From: an uncultured Ventosimonas sp.
Lineage (GTDB): Bacteria > Pseudomonadota > Gammaproteobacteria > Pseudomonadales > Pseudomonadaceae
Direction: 5' to 3'
DNA: 51,807 bases
Assembly (NCBI GenBank): GCA_964395065.1
Contig: CAYNAM010000001.1
Coordinates: 1-51,807, forward strand
Made by a program: the position numbers and the translations under genes. Below are positions 1 through 10,977 of the stretch, in pieces. The notes under the pieces were generated by a model. That model was not told the origin of the DNA. It saw nothing but the letters and a program-made list of their open reading frames with translations, and did no database searches. Numbering within the stretch: the stretch's first letter is position 1; every line of letters begins with the position of its first letter.

Positions 1-89
1 TCATTATCATCAGACAATAAAACAGGTAAGCCTTGTTGATACGCTTTAATAGCCGCATTAACTCTTGAAAAATCATTTGAACAAAACAT
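1..89 (-). CDS. ribB: 3,4-dihydroxy-2-butanone 4-phosphate synthase, N-terminal fragment (runs off window edge)
   Basis: Manual translation of the minus strand from ATG at 89 gives MFCSNDFSRVNAAIKAYQQGLPVLLSDDN, matching the RibB N-terminus. GAGGAG RBS just upstream; lies directly downstream of an FMN riboswitch. Confidence 0.85.
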   Translation of the reverse strand, partial: MFCSNDFSRVNAAIKAYQQGLPVLLSDDN

Positions 90-199
90 ATGGAAACGCT
101 CCTCGCCAATAATAAAATGAGAGATAAACGTTCCAGGGCAAAACTATAAAGCACAAAACTTTATAGCAAAGCTACAGGACAACAAAATCTGTTGAAGTG

Positions 200-335
200 C
201 ATCTTCTTTCATCCGGACTTTAACCGTCGGCTTTGGAATCTCACCAAATCTGCTATTTTAAACTACAAAAAGCTCGCGGGCTTGTCTTAATTGACTCACC
301 GCCGGTGGGGAATTACGCCCCGCCCTGAAGACTTT
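200..335 (-). promoter_or_regulatory. FMN riboswitch (RFN element)
   Basis: Minus strand carries the RFN consensus blocks TCTTCAGGGCGGGGCG, CCCACCGGCGGT, AGCCCGCGAGC, AGCAGATTTGGTGAGATTCCAAAGCCGACGGTTAAAGTCCGGATGAAAGAAGA, upstream of ribB. Confidence 0.97.
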
Positions 336-424
336 TTTATGATACGCTTATTTTAAGCAAAAGCAAAGGACTAGGATAAATACGCAGTAAACCCAGCCAA
401 TGAAAATAGAAAAAGATAGAAAGG

Positions 425-1285
425 TTATTGTACCCAATTAACCTCAAAAGACATCATGACACTTAAAAGTGTGATCGCAAAAATAGAAATAATAAAAAGG
501 CGCTTAGCCCATTGTACTTCATTAACTTTACTATAGTCTTTAATGGCTACAAATAACCAATAGAAACAAATCAAACTCGTAGCAATTACAAAACCTATAC
601 CTGCATAATCACAAACATAAAGAGAGATAGCTGCCGCAGTAAAAGCAAGGATATAACCCACAATATGTCTTTTTGCGATACTAACGCCGCGCTTAACGGG
701 CAAAACAGGAATATCCGCCGCTTTATAATCATTAAAGCGGAAAATAGCAATGGCATAAGAATGGGGCATTTGCCATAAACAAAATATTAATAATAAAATG
801 GCAGCTCCTAAGTCAAAATGCCCTCTTGCTGCACAATAGCCAATCACCGGGGGGGCTGCCCCTGATAGACTACCAATAATAGTACCGTACTCAGAATTTC
901 TTTTAAAATATAACGTATACAACACCACATAGACAAAAAAGCCCATGATGGCAAAACTTAAAGCCAAGATATTTGTAAAAAAATAAAGGATAAGCGCACC
1001 AACAACACCCAATACAGTTGCATATATTAATGCCACAGTAGGAGATATTAATCCCCGTACCATGGCACGATTTTTAGTGCGCTCCATCACCGAGTCTATA
1101 TCTCTATCAACATAGTTATTAAAGACGCAACCCGATGCCACTACTAAAGAAGTACCCAGCATTACAGCAAGCAATTTGATAAAATCAAAATGATTACTTG
1201 ATGCCAAGAAGAATCCGCCCACAACAGCAATTAAATTGCCGAAGATAATTCCAGGCTTCGTAACAAGCCAATACTTCTTTAGCAT
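425..1285 (-). CDS. cyoE: protoheme IX farnesyltransferase (heme O synthase)
   Basis: [24 protein letters not shown] and WQMPHS motifs; last gene of the cyo operon. Confidence 0.97.
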   Translation of the reverse strand: MLKKYWLVTKPGIIFGNLIAVVGGFFLASSNHFDFIKLLAVMLGTSLVVASGCVFNNYVDRDIDSVMERTKNRAMVRGLISPTVALIYATVLGVVGALILYFFTNILALSFAIMGFFVYVVLYTLYFKRNSEYGTIIGSLSGAAPPVIGYCAARGHFDLGAAILLLIFCLWQMPHSYAIAIFRFNDYKAADIPVLPVKRGVSIAKRHIVGYILAFTAAAISLYVCDYAGIGFVIATSLICFYWLFVAIKDYSKVNEVQWAKRLFIISIFAITLLSVMMSFEVNWVQ

Positions 1286-1297
1286 TTAATGTAGCCT

Positions 1298-1648
1298 CTA
1301 CTTCATTTCTTGGTGCATGTTATGCATATTTTTATATTGCTTATCACTCATCATATTCTGCATTGAATTTTCCATAACCCATACTGAGCCAATAACAATA
1401 ATTAAAATAGTTACCACTGCAAAAATAAAGGTCATTAAATTCCAACGCTGTGCAGGTGATGAGTTGATATGCAAGAAACATACAACATGCACAATAATTT
1501 GCACAACAGCAAATACCACCAATATCGTAAAGTTAGGTGTACCCGTCATGGCCATCCAAAATGGGATAACCGTTAAGATTACAGCTAGCACGAAGCCTAC
1601 AATATAAGTCGATACAGTGCCATGTCCTGATGATTTATGATCAGCCAT
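1298..1648 (-). CDS. cyoD: cytochrome bo3 ubiquinol oxidase subunit IV
   Basis: YIVGFVLAVILTVIPF and VQIIVHVVCFLH motifs. Start reassigned to ATG 1648, which overlaps the cyoC stop. Confidence 0.95.
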   Translation of the reverse strand: MADHKSSGHGTVSTYIVGFVLAVILTVIPFWMAMTGTPNFTILVVFAVVQIIVHVVCFLHINSSPAQRWNLMTFIFAVVTILIIVIGSVWVMENSMQNMMSDKQYKNMHNMHQEMK

Positions 1649-2319
1649 TACATCACTCCCACAGTATATGCTTTCAAATAAACGAAAGTGAATACACAGA
1701 TCCAAACGATATCTAGGAAATGCCAGAATAAGCTCAAGCATGATAGACGTGTATTAACTTTATTAGTTAAACCTTTGCCTGCTACTTGTGCAATCATTAC
1801 AATCATCCACAACAAACCTGCTGTAACGTGTAGACCATGCGTTCCCACTAACGTGAAAAATGCAGACATTGTTGCACTAGTTGTAGGTCCATTGCCCATG
1901 TGAACTAAATGATAAAATTCATAAACTTCCATGCCAATGAAAGTAGCCCCTAAGATAAAAGTAACTAACAACCATAATAATACTTGGCTCTTTTTACTAT
2001 TATGGGCAGCAATCATTGCAAAACCATAAGTAATACTACTAAAAAGTAATACAAAAGTTTCAACTAACACAAAAGGAAGCTCAAATAATTCCCTTGCTGA
2101 AAATGCAACAACTTGACCATTAGCATCTAGCATCGTTGGGAAATACATAGCCACGCCATAAGATGGATCTAATGTTGCATAAACTGCAAACAAGCAACCA
2201 AAAATCATTAAATCGGTAAGGATATATATCCAAAAACCGAAAATTGTTATAGAACTAGAGTCATGATCATGATGATCATGCTCTGCCCCATGTACAGTTT
2301 TCATAGTATCAGCTGTCAT
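1648..2319 (-). CDS. cyoC: cytochrome bo3 ubiquinol oxidase subunit III
   Basis: FGFWIY, GTHGLHV and FWHFLDIVW motifs. Confidence 0.97.
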   Translation of the reverse strand: MTADTMKTVHGAEHDHHDHDSSSITIFGFWIYILTDLMIFGCLFAVYATLDPSYGVAMYFPTMLDANGQVVAFSARELFELPFVLVETFVLLFSSITYGFAMIAAHNSKKSQVLLWLLVTFILGATFIGMEVYEFYHLVHMGNGPTTSATMSAFFTLVGTHGLHVTAGLLWMIVMIAQVAGKGLTNKVNTRLSCLSLFWHFLDIVWICVFTFVYLKAYTVGVM

Positions 2320-4364
2320 GACTTAATACCTGCCTTTGCTAGATTTTCAAAACGCTCGTTTTCGATACGTTCCACTTCCTCTGCTGGAATATAATAATCT
2401 CTATCATCATCAAACGAGTGTACAATGTAAGTAATTATAGAGAGGCCAAATCCAACAATAGCCAACCACCAGATATGCCAAACAAGAGCAAATCCCCATA
2501 CCGCACAAAGCATACCAATAACAAAACCAGCACCTGTGTTTTTAGGCATATGAATCGCTTCATATTTTTCTGGACGCTTATAAGCCTCACCTTTCTCTTT
2601 AAGCATAAAGAAAGCATCTTTACCATAAATCTTTGGAATAACAGCAAAGTTATAAGGTGCAGGAGGAGAAGCTAACGACCACTCTAAAGAACGACCATCG
2701 CCCCAAGCATCACCAGTTAAGTCACGTGTTTGGTTACGTTGTAAAATACCAATTAGTAATGATAATACTAAGAAAATCACACCAAATAAGATAAAGAATG
2801 TACCAATCATCGCGACGATGAAATAAGGAGCATATTCAGTTGACTGGAACTGACTCATACGACGAGTTAATCCCATGAATCCTAATGCATACAATGGCAT
2901 AAATGATAAGTAGAAACCAACCAACCAACACCAGAATGATGCTTTACCAGTTCCTTCATGCATTTTGAAACCAAACATTTTAGGGAACCAGAATACAAGA
3001 CCTGCTAAATAGCCATAAACAACACCACCAATAATAGTGTTATGGAAATGCGCTACTAAGAACAGACTGTTATGAACAACAAAGTCAATCGGTGGAACAG
3101 CTAACATAACTCCTGTCATACCACCAATAGTGAAAGTCACTAATGCACCAATCACCCAATACATAGGCGCAGTAAATCTAACTCGGCCTTCATACATTGT
3201 AAAGATCCAGTTAAACACTTTCACCCCTGTAGGAATGGCGATGATCATTGTCATAATACCGAAGAAGGCATTAACATTACCGCCAGCGCCCATGGTAAAG
3301 AAATGGTGCCCCCATACAAGTAGACTTAGCACAACAATAGAAACAGTTGCATAAACCATTGTTTTATAACCAAACAATGGTTTACCTGAGAATACAGGCC
3401 CGATTTCTGAGTAGATACCAAATGCAGGTAATACTAAGAAGTATACTTCTGGATGTCCCCATGCCCAAACCAAGTTAATGTACATTTTCGCATTCCCACC
3501 CATATGATTGGTGAAGAAGTTGAAATCAAAATAACGGTCTAATGTTAATAAGGCATAGGCCACTGTTAAAATTGGGAACACTGCAGCAGCCAAAATATTA
3601 GTACATAGACATGTCCATGTAAAAATAGGCATTTGCATTAATGTCATACCGGGTGCACGCATTTTTAAAATAGTCACAATAAAGTTAACAGCACCTATTG
3701 TTGTAGCTATTCCCGACAGCTGTAGACTCCACAGATAATAATTCATCCCAACGGTGGGACTCATTTCTATTCCCGTTTCTGGCGCATAAGCTAACCATCC
3801 ACCCGTTGCAAAGTCACCCACACCTAATGAAATATTACACACAATAACACCAGCAACTGTTAACCAGAAGCCGAAATTATTTAAGAATGGAAATGCCACA
3901 TCACGCGCACCAATCTGTTGTGGTAAAAGGATATTCATCAAACCAAATAATAATGGAGTTGCCATGAAGAAAATCATGATTACACCATGCGCTGTAAAGA
4001 TTTGGTTGTAATGATCAGGTGGTAAATAACCCGAGGGATGGCCTGCAGTATATCCCTCAGCAGCAGCGAGGGCTAAGTGAGTACGCATGAGTAAGGCATC
4101 AGCAAAACCACGTACTAACATAAGAATAGCTACCACAATATACATGATACCTATCTTTTTATGGTCAACCGTCGTAATCCAATCTTTCCAGAGAGGCTTC
4201 CACCACCCCATAAAGGTAATTAGACCTGCAACAAGTACTCCTAGGACAAGAACAACACCCACTGTCCACATAACGATAGGTTCATTAGTTGGAACAGCAT
4301 TCCAAGATAAATACCCCGTTAGGTTATTGTAATTGTCTAAGTTTCCACTAGTAAAACCTGACAT
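2316..4364 (-). CDS. cyoB: cytochrome bo3 ubiquinol oxidase subunit I
   Basis: Heme-copper ligand motifs TAHG, WGHPEVY, WGHH and AHFH; DHKKIG. Confidence 0.98.
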   Translation of the reverse strand: MSGFTSGNLDNYNNLTGYLSWNAVPTNEPIVMWTVGVVLVLGVLVAGLITFMGWWKPLWKDWITTVDHKKIGIMYIVVAILMLVRGFADALLMRTHLALAAAEGYTAGHPSGYLPPDHYNQIFTAHGVIMIFFMATPLLFGLMNILLPQQIGARDVAFPFLNNFGFWLTVAGVIVCNISLGVGDFATGGWLAYAPETGIEMSPTVGMNYYLWSLQLSGIATTIGAVNFIVTILKMRAPGMTLMQMPIFTWTCLCTNILAAAVFPILTVAYALLTLDRYFDFNFFTNHMGGNAKMYINLVWAWGHPEVYFLVLPAFGIYSEIGPVFSGKPLFGYKTMVYATVSIVVLSLLVWGHHFFTMGAGGNVNAFFGIMTMIIAIPTGVKVFNWIFTMYEGRVRFTAPMYWVIGALVTFTIGGMTGVMLAVPPIDFVVHNSLFLVAHFHNTIIGGVVYGYLAGLVFWFPKMFGFKMHEGTGKASFWCWLVGFYLSFMPLYALGFMGLTRRMSQFQSTEYAPYFIVAMIGTFFILFGVIFLVLSLLIGILQRNQTRDLTGDAWGDGRSLEWSLASPPAPYNFAVIPKIYGKDAFFMLKEKGEAYKRPEKYEAIHMPKNTGAGFVIGMLCAVWGFALVWHIWWLAIVGFGLSIITYIVHSFDDDRDYYIPAEEVERIENERFENLAKAGIKS

Positions 4365-4366
4365 AA

Positions 4367-5353
4367 TTAATGACCTCCAGATATTGCATTATGAGACTCT
4401 GCCTGTACTAAATCATCCTTTACAGGAATACCTTTTGGTCCATTTACAGGAATATATGACTCTAAAATATCCTCAAACAAACCATCTTTCCCATACAAGC
4501 TAGGCGTTAACTTATAAAAAGCGACAGGTTCAAAGAAATCTTCATTTCTTTTATCTCTTAATGCTTTATAAACATTGGGCGTTAAATCAATAGCCGTAAT
4601 TTCGTTACCATCTACTTGATCTTTTGCTGTACCTGCTTTCACATCAGCAACCCATTTTTCGAAGTCTGAATGACTTACTGACACAGCTTTAAATAACATA
4701 TAAGAGTAACCATAGCCAATAAAGTTAGCCGCTGTACCTTGGAAAACGCCTGGTTTGTCTGCAATCAAATGTAGCTTTGTTTCCATTCCTGCCATCGCAT
4801 AAATTTGGCTACCGAGTTGTGGTATTAGGAATGAAGTAATGGCTGTATCTGAAGTAATTTCAAATTTAATCGGTGTATTTTCAGGGAAAACCACTTGATT
4901 TACTGTCGCAATACCTTGCTCAGGGTAAATAAACAACCATTTCCATCTTAATGCAACAACCTGAATATCCATTTGTTTGGTTGCAGACACTTCTGTAGGA
5001 ATAGGTTTAGTAGGGTCAATTTTATGCGTATAGTGATAAGTAACAATACCTAATATTATTATTATAATGACAGGTACACCCCACACTAATGTTTCAATTT
5101 TTGCCGAAAATTCCCACTTAGGAGAATATTTAGCATTACTACCTTCACGGTATTTAAACGGAAAATATAATGACATAAAAATAGCAGGAATTACTACAAT
5201 CAACATCAAGCATACAGATGTAATAATTAATGCTTTAATTTCATGACCTATATATCCTTTAGGGTTTAACAAAGCCACATCACACCCACCCAACAATAGT
5301 AGTGCGAATAAGAGTGGTATGGTAAACAAACGTGGATATTTTAGATTTCTCAT
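4367..5353 (-). CDS. cyoA: cytochrome bo3 ubiquinol oxidase subunit II (lipoprotein)
   Basis: Lipobox [33 protein letters not shown]; no CuA cysteines, as expected for a quinol oxidase. Confidence 0.96.
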   Translation of the reverse strand: MRNLKYPRLFTIPLLFALLLLGGCDVALLNPKGYIGHEIKALIITSVCLMLIVVIPAIFMSLYFPFKYREGSNAKYSPKWEFSAKIETLVWGVPVIIIIILGIVTYHYTHKIDPTKPIPTEVSATKQMDIQVVALRWKWLFIYPEQGIATVNQVVFPENTPIKFEITSDTAITSFLIPQLGSQIYAMAGMETKLHLIADKPGVFQGTAANFIGYGYSYMLFKAVSVSHSDFEKWVADVKAGTAKDQVDGNEITAIDLTPNVYKALRDKRNEDFFEPVAFYKLTPSLYGKDGLFEDILESYIPVNGPKGIPVKDDLVQAESHNAISGGH

Positions 5354-5574
5354 CTCTCAACCTCTTTAGAGGAGCCTTTACCATTATTCTTAACTTAAGG
5401 CTACTTCTTTTATATGCTTATCACCCTAGTTTGAACATTTCAAAATAACAATAATCATATGAAATAATAGTCTTAAGCACTTAATTTATTTGAGTTTTAA
5501 AGTACCCAAACACCTTGCGTAGAAATCCAAAGAAATGAACTCTAAGCTTAGCCATATAATTGTAACAGATTTAA

Positions 5575-6192
5575 TCAGCCTTCAAAATGTAGCCATTGTC
5601 GCAGTATAGAATAGGCATCGGTCAATCCATCTCGTTTTACTGCTGAAAAAAGTTGAACGGAGATTGTTGTATTGTGATAAGTATTTAGTTGCTGCTGTAC
5701 TTTTAGTAATGTATTTTTAGCGACACCAAAGGTTAACTTATCGGCCTTAGTTAATAATATGTGCACAGGCATATTTGATGTATCAGCCCAGTCTAACAAT
5801 ACTTTATCAAAATCAGTCAATGGGTGACGTATGTCCATCATCAGAAAAATACCCACTAAAGACTGCCGAGTTGACAAATAAGCATCCAAATGTTTTTTCC
5901 AATGCTCTTTTAAAGGAAGTGGTACTTTCGCATAACCATAGCCAGGCAAGTCAACAAAACGGCGCTCATCGTCTAACGCAAAAAAATTTATCAACTGCGT
6001 TCGACCTGGCGTTTTAGAAGTTCTTGCTAAGCTAGCGCGTGTCAATACATTTATGGCACTTGACTTTCCAGCATTAGAGCGCCCTGCAAATGCAACTTCA
6101 TAGCCTATATCATTAGGGCATTGATCAACTTTCGCGGCACTTAATAAAAAAGTTGCTTTTTGGCATAACCCTAAAAATTTACTGCCCGACAT
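5575..6192 (-). CDS. engB: GTP-binding protein EngB/YihA
   Basis: [22 protein letters not shown] and TKADK motifs. Start reassigned to ATG 6192. Confidence 0.96.
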   Translation of the reverse strand: MSGSKFLGLCQKATFLLSAAKVDQCPNDIGYEVAFAGRSNAGKSSAINVLTRASLARTSKTPGRTQLINFFALDDERRFVDLPGYGYAKVPLPLKEHWKKHLDAYLSTRQSLVGIFLMMDIRHPLTDFDKVLLDWADTSNMPVHILLTKADKLTFGVAKNTLLKVQQQLNTYHNTTISVQLFSAVKRDGLTDAYSILRQWLHFEG

Positions 6193-6395
6193 AACTCTCT
6201 CACACATTAAGTTTATATAATAATTTCTAGTCTTTATAATAGCACATTGTTCTTCTTTATTAATCACTGGTAGCCATTCACACTCTGACACAAAACCACC
6301 TCAACAAATTATTGCAATTCTTATTTTTTTAGGTATTGTACCCAACCATATAATTTAATTGTCAATTATTTAGTATATAGGTAACGGAGAAAAAT

Positions 6396-7076
6396 ATGCG
6401 TCGTCTTTTTATAGCAGGGATTGTTGCTCTTTCAGCAATTTTCTTTAATATTGCTCATGCCCAAGTAGGGGTTTTAGCTATTCCTGATCCACAACCAGGA
6501 AAAGAATACACTGTTTTACCAAAACAAATACCTACATCAGACCCTAGTAAAATTGAAGTGACTGAGGTATTTTGGTATGGTTGCCCTCATTGCTATCATT
6601 TAGAACCTATTATTAATAAATGGGCTAAAGACCTACCTGAAGATGTTAACTTTGTACGTATGCCAGCATTATTCGGTAAACTATGGACGATCCACGGCCA
6701 ACTTTTTATCACGCTTAATACACTAGGCGCAGAAGAAAAGCTACACTCTGCTGTATTTGAATCAATTCAACAACGTAAAAATCTTCTTCTTACGCCAGAA
6801 GATATGGCAGAATTTGCATCACAGCATGGTATAGATAAACAAAAATTCTTAGATACTTATAATTCTTTCGGTGTGCAATCACAATTAGAGAAAGACAAAA
6901 AAACATTAACTCAATATGGGATTTCAGGTGTTCCTGCTATTATCGTCAATGGAAAATACCGCGTTGATTTAAATGATAACGTTCCAGATCCTAAAGAGTT
7001 AATGAACATAACAAATTATTTAATTAAAAAAGAACGCGATGCATTAAAGCAAACAGCTGAAACGACAACGAAATAA
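6396..7076 (+). CDS. dsbA: thiol:disulfide interchange protein DsbA
   Basis: Signal peptide, FWYGCPHCY active site, cis-Pro loop GVPA. Confidence 0.95.
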   Translation: MRRLFIAGIVALSAIFFNIAHAQVGVLAIPDPQPGKEYTVLPKQIPTSDPSKIEVTEVFWYGCPHCYHLEPIINKWAKDLPEDVNFVRMPALFGKLWTIHGQLFITLNTLGAEEKLHSAVFESIQQRKNLLLTPEDMAEFASQHGIDKQKFLDTYNSFGVQSQLEKDKKTLTQYGISGVPAIIVNGKYRVDLNDNVPDPKELMNITNYLIKKERDALKQTAETTTK

Positions 7077-7155
7077 AAAGTAACAGAAAGGAATTTTTAG
7101 TATTCAACATACGGTATTATGATTCAAAGATATTAATGATTGGATAAATACTGGT

Positions 7156-8004
7156 ATGGGAATTAAGAGAAAAGAAGTGGCTACTCACATTAGTCCTAAT
7201 GAGAATAAGGAGAGTAGCCCTATTATTCTTACTCCTAATGAAATAATAAAGTTACTCACTTTCAATATACAAGTGGGTAACTCAACAAGTCATTACCATC
7301 ACTACTTCACAAGAAGTTGGCAACATATTCTACCTTACAAAGATCGCATAAAAAACTTACAGCGCATAGCTGATTTGATAAGACAATATGATTTTGTTGC
7401 TTTACAAGAGGTTGATGGTGGGAGTTTACGCTCAAGCGGTATTAATCAAACCGAGTTCTTAGCTAAACTTGCTAACTTTCCTTATTGGCATCAACAAACT
7501 AATCGCAATCTAGGGAAACTCGCACAGCACAGTAATGGCATGTTGACTCGCTTTAAACCTAACGTTATTGAAGATCACCCCTTACCAGGAATGAGGGGGA
7601 GAGGTGCTATTTTTTCTCGCTTTGGGGAAGGTGAAGATGCACTCATTATTGTTGTCATGCACCTTGCTCTAAGTAAAAAAGCACGCAAAGAGCAACTTGA
7701 TTATATTTATAAAATGATTGCCCCTTATCGGTATCATATTCTCATGGGCGATATGAATGCAGAAACAGTTGAGCTCATAGATAACTCAGCATTACAAAAA
7801 CTCGATCTCGTTTTACCACAGAATGCTGCCACCTACCCTAGCTGGAATCCTAAACGTTGTCTCGATCATATTTTATTAAGTAAAGACCTTACAGTAGAAA
7901 ATATCAGTGTACTACAACTACCCATATCTGATCACCTCCCTATAGAGGTCAGCATCAAGCTTCCTGAAAGACTATTATCAAATATTAATCAATCCAACTT
8001 ATAA
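7156..8004 (+). CDS. endonuclease/exonuclease/phosphatase family protein
   Basis: TFNIQ, ALQEVD, GDMN, LDHI and SDHLP motifs. Confidence 0.9.
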   Translation: MGIKRKEVATHISPNENKESSPIILTPNEIIKLLTFNIQVGNSTSHYHHYFTRSWQHILPYKDRIKNLQRIADLIRQYDFVALQEVDGGSLRSSGINQTEFLAKLANFPYWHQQTNRNLGKLAQHSNGMLTRFKPNVIEDHPLPGMRGRGAIFSRFGEGEDALIIVVMHLALSKKARKEQLDYIYKMIAPYRYHILMGDMNAETVELIDNSALQKLDLVLPQNAATYPSWNPKRCLDHILLSKDLTVENISVLQLPISDHLPIEVSIKLPERLLSNINQSNL

Positions 8005-8020
8005 TCAGATTTATCGAAAC

Positions 8021-8827
8021 ATGAAATTTCTAATGAAAAAATTACTTATCATTTTCTGCCTTCTCTGGTTAACAGCCTGTCAAACTGGATTGAAAATTGA
8101 CAAAAACCATGCATCACAAGCACAAGATAACCGTATACAATATATTATTGTGCACTATACTGCGGCTAATCTCATGCGTTCTCTTTACTTACTGACCAAA
8201 ACTAATGTAAGTAGTCACTACCTAATTAGCGAGGATGGTACTATTTATCAACTTGTTAATGATGAAAAACGTGCATGGCATGCAGGAGTCAGTGAGTGGC
8301 AAGGAAGAAATTCTCTCAATAATAGCTCCATTGGAATAGAACTGGTTAATTTAGGCTATAAAGAAACACCTCAAAAAACAAGGGTCTGGTATAGTTATCC
8401 TGATGCTCAAATAAAGTCGCTCAAAATCCTCCTTAAAGAGCTCCAAAAACGCTATGATATTCCAACTAAAAATATCTTAGGGCATAGCGATGTTGCTCCG
8501 CAAAGAAAATCAGACCCTGGCCCACTCTTTCCTTGGCGAGAACTTGCTAAAGAAGGGCTTGCCATTTGGCCAGATGAAATGGCAGTCGCAAAACAACAAG
8601 CTATTTTTGATATGGAAAGCAAACCAAGCGCTACCTGGATACAAAGTAAGCTTGCCAGTATAGGGTATGCAACCCCACGAACAGGAATACTGGATGATGA
8701 TACAATTAAAGCTATTATTGCTTTCCAGATGCGTTACCAACCTGACAACTACACAGGCAACATTGACAGCAAGACGGCAGCACTTTTATTTGTTGTAGCA
8801 AATAAGAACTTTGTGACACCTAAATGA
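8021..8827 (+). CDS. ampDh2: N-acetylmuramoyl-L-alanine amidase lipoprotein (AmpDh2/AmiD-like)
   Basis: Lipobox LTAC, IVHYT, AWHAG, SIGIE, GHSDVAPQRKSDPG and a C-terminal peptidoglycan-binding domain. Confidence 0.85.
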   Translation: MKFLMKKLLIIFCLLWLTACQTGLKIDKNHASQAQDNRIQYIIVHYTAANLMRSLYLLTKTNVSSHYLISEDGTIYQLVNDEKRAWHAGVSEWQGRNSLNNSSIGIELVNLGYKETPQKTRVWYSYPDAQIKSLKILLKELQKRYDIPTKNILGHSDVAPQRKSDPGPLFPWRELAKEGLAIWPDEMAVAKQQAIFDMESKPSATWIQSKLASIGYATPRTGILDDDTIKAIIAFQMRYQPDNYTGNIDSKTAALLFVVANKNFVTPK

Positions 8828-8910
8828 TCCTATATAGTTATATACAATACTTGCTTTCAATAGTATGGTAGTCATTGAGCTATTTAATACTTTTATAAAG
8901 GTTATCCACT

Positions 8911-9846
8911 ATGACAGTTTCTACATTAATTAAATTATTAATTGTCGCTTTCTTCGTATGGGGCGTGCTCTATGTCTACTACCATGGACGCTCTCGTAGG
9001 CTGCCACTAATGAGACAGTTTTTTAACTACTCTGCGCTATTTGCTCCCTATAACGCTTTAATGTATATCTTCTCCAAACAAAAATCACAACCTATTTATA
9101 ATCGAGAAGACTTTAAAGAAATGGATTTTATTAAAGAAAATTGGGAAGTCATCAAGGAGGAAGGATTAAAACTATTCGATGAAGGTTATATTCGGGCAGC
9201 TATTGATGGCAATGAAGCAGGTTTTGGTTCATTCTTTAAAAAGGGTTGGAAACGCTTTTATTTAACATGGAATAAACAAACATTGCCCTCAGCCGAAACA
9301 CTGTGTCCTAAGACACTTGAACTAGTCAGACAAGTGCCTATGATTAAAAATGCTCTTTTTACTCGCCTACCTGCTCGTAGCCATTTAAATGCACATCGTG
9401 ATCCGTTTGCAGGAACACTTCGTTATCACCTTGGTTTAGCCACACCCAATTCGGACAAGTGTGCCATCTATATCGATGAACAAGCACAGCCTTGGTATGA
9501 TGGCGAAGACTTTATTTTTGATGAAACCTATATTCACTACGTTATTAATGATACAGATGATTCGCGTTTAATATTTTTCTGTGACTTAGATCGTCCATTG
9601 AAAGAGCCTATGTACACAATTAATCAATGGGTATCTAACATATTAGCTTACCTAACACAGCCTCAAAATATTGATGGCGAGTATGCTGGCTTTGCTAATA
9701 GAGCCTATGGTTGGTTTATTAGTCTTTCAAAGCTAATTAGCACACCAATTAAAGCATTAAAACGTAAGTCACGTATGGCATACAATATCATCAGAATAAT
9801 TGCTATCATCCTTATTTTAATTTTCATTATTAAATGGATTTTCTAA
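8911..9846 (+). CDS. lpxO: lipid A hydroxylase LpxO-like (Asp/Asn beta-hydroxylase family)
   Basis: Terminal hydrophobic helices, GWKRFYL, HRDP..LRYHLGL and FDETYIH (Fe/2-oxoglutarate triad). Confidence 0.85.
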   Translation: MTVSTLIKLLIVAFFVWGVLYVYYHGRSRRLPLMRQFFNYSALFAPYNALMYIFSKQKSQPIYNREDFKEMDFIKENWEVIKEEGLKLFDEGYIRAAIDGNEAGFGSFFKKGWKRFYLTWNKQTLPSAETLCPKTLELVRQVPMIKNALFTRLPARSHLNAHRDPFAGTLRYHLGLATPNSDKCAIYIDEQAQPWYDGEDFIFDETYIHYVINDTDDSRLIFFCDLDRPLKEPMYTINQWVSNILAYLTQPQNIDGEYAGFANRAYGWFISLSKLISTPIKALKRKSRMAYNIIRIIAIILILIFIIKWIF

Positions 9847-9870
9847 CATACGATATTAGCTGTACTTAAA

Positions 9871-9910
9871 ACATCACCATTATTTTAAAATAATAAAATG
9901 ATGGTGATGT
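9871..9910. repeat. intergenic inverted repeat, about 17-bp stem
   Basis: ACATCACCATTATTTTA ... TAAAATGATGGTGATGT with one G:U pair; ends a few bases before the next RBS. Confidence 0.8.
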
Positions 9911-9922
9911 CATAGGATAAAC

Positions 9923-10396
9923 ATGGTAAGTAGTTTTTATAAAATAGCCTTATTGATTTTTTTAATTACGCCTCAGATTGCCATGGCAGATACGCAGAAA
10001 AGCGGATATTGGCATATTGAAACAAGTGTCTACACTACACACTTTCATCCAAAACCAGAGCACAATAATCATCAAAATCTGATCGGCATTGACTACAATT
10101 TTCCATCTAAATGGTTCATAGGCGGAGCCACATTTCGTAACTCTTTTAGACAACGCTCGTTTTATGTTTATGCAGGCAAACGCTATAACCTAGAAAATAC
10201 ACCTTTTTATGCTCGATTATCTGGAGGGCTTATACACGGCTACCATGGTAAATACAAAAACAAAATCCCATTAAATAACTTAGGCATAGCACCTGCTATC
10301 ATTCCAGGCGTAGGCATTCAAATAAAAAAAGTTAATGCTGAAGCCTTTCTTTTAGGGTTTAATGCCCTAATGGTCAATGTAGGCTACTCATTCTAA
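9923..10396 (+). CDS. small outer-membrane beta-barrel, Pseudomonas-type divergent PagP-like
   Basis: Signal peptide, TSVYTTHF..PEHNNHQ, GGATFRNSFRQRS, KIPLN, terminal Phe. Recalled similarity to P. aeruginosa PA1343. Confidence 0.7.
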   Translation: MVSSFYKIALLIFLITPQIAMADTQKSGYWHIETSVYTTHFHPKPEHNNHQNLIGIDYNFPSKWFIGGATFRNSFRQRSFYVYAGKRYNLENTPFYARLSGGLIHGYHGKYKNKIPLNNLGIAPAIIPGVGIQIKKVNAEAFLLGFNALMVNVGYSF

Positions 10397-10406
10397 CAAT
10401 ACTTTA

Positions 10407-10976
10407 TCACTGTATTTTTTTGATAAAGTATTCAAATACACGGGTATCCTTTGTTAACTCAGGGTGAAAAGACATCACTAAGATATTACCCTGCTCTGCC
10501 ATGACAATTTTATCATCACAAACCGATAATACCTTAACGTCTTCGCCAACACGCTGAATAAAAGGCGCTCTAATAAATACAGCTGGGATATCATCAGCGA
10601 TATTTGATACAGCCAGCGTTGTTTCGAAACTATCCACCTGTCGGCCAAAACCATTACGCTCTACAGCCATATCAATAAGATTTAAAGGAATCACTTTATT
10701 ATCTGACTGAATAATATGCTTAGCACATAAAATGAGCCCCGCACAGGTTCCTAAAACAGGGTGTGTTTTAGCAAATTTTTGTATTTCATCAAACAGCCCT
10801 AGCTGTTGAATCAGACGACTAATTGCCGTTGACTCTCCCCCTGGAATAATGAGTGCATCAACCGTAGCCAAATCCTCTGCTGTTTTAACAGACTTGGCTT
10901 TTACCTGCAAATGCTCAAGCATTTGCAGATGTTCGGTTATAGCACCTTGTAATGCTAGTACACCGACAGTTTTCAC
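10407..10976 (-). CDS. pdxT: PLP synthase glutaminase subunit
   Basis: GVLALQGA, IPGGEST, GTCAG, FIRAP and FHPEL motifs. GTG start at 10976. Confidence 0.96.
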   Translation of the reverse strand: MKTVGVLALQGAITEHLQMLEHLQVKAKSVKTAEDLATVDALIIPGGESTAISRLIQQLGLFDEIQKFAKTHPVLGTCAGLILCAKHIIQSDNKVIPLNLIDMAVERNGFGRQVDSFETTLAVSNIADDIPAVFIRAPFIQRVGEDVKVLSVCDDKIVMAEQGNILVMSFHPELTKDTRVFEYFIKKIQ

Positions 10977-10977
10977 G

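Noticed and set aside
1317-4332. Short ORFs overlapping the cyo genes (1317-1607, 1688-1903, 2418-2675, 2435-2647, 3130-3354, 4087-4332)
   Set aside because: Antisense or alternate-frame shadows of conserved genes, with no recognisable motifs.
5431-5443. TTGA-ACATT-TCAA upstream of cyoA as an ANR box
   Set aside because: Spacing is one base short of TTGAT-N4-ATCAA and the half-sites are imperfect.
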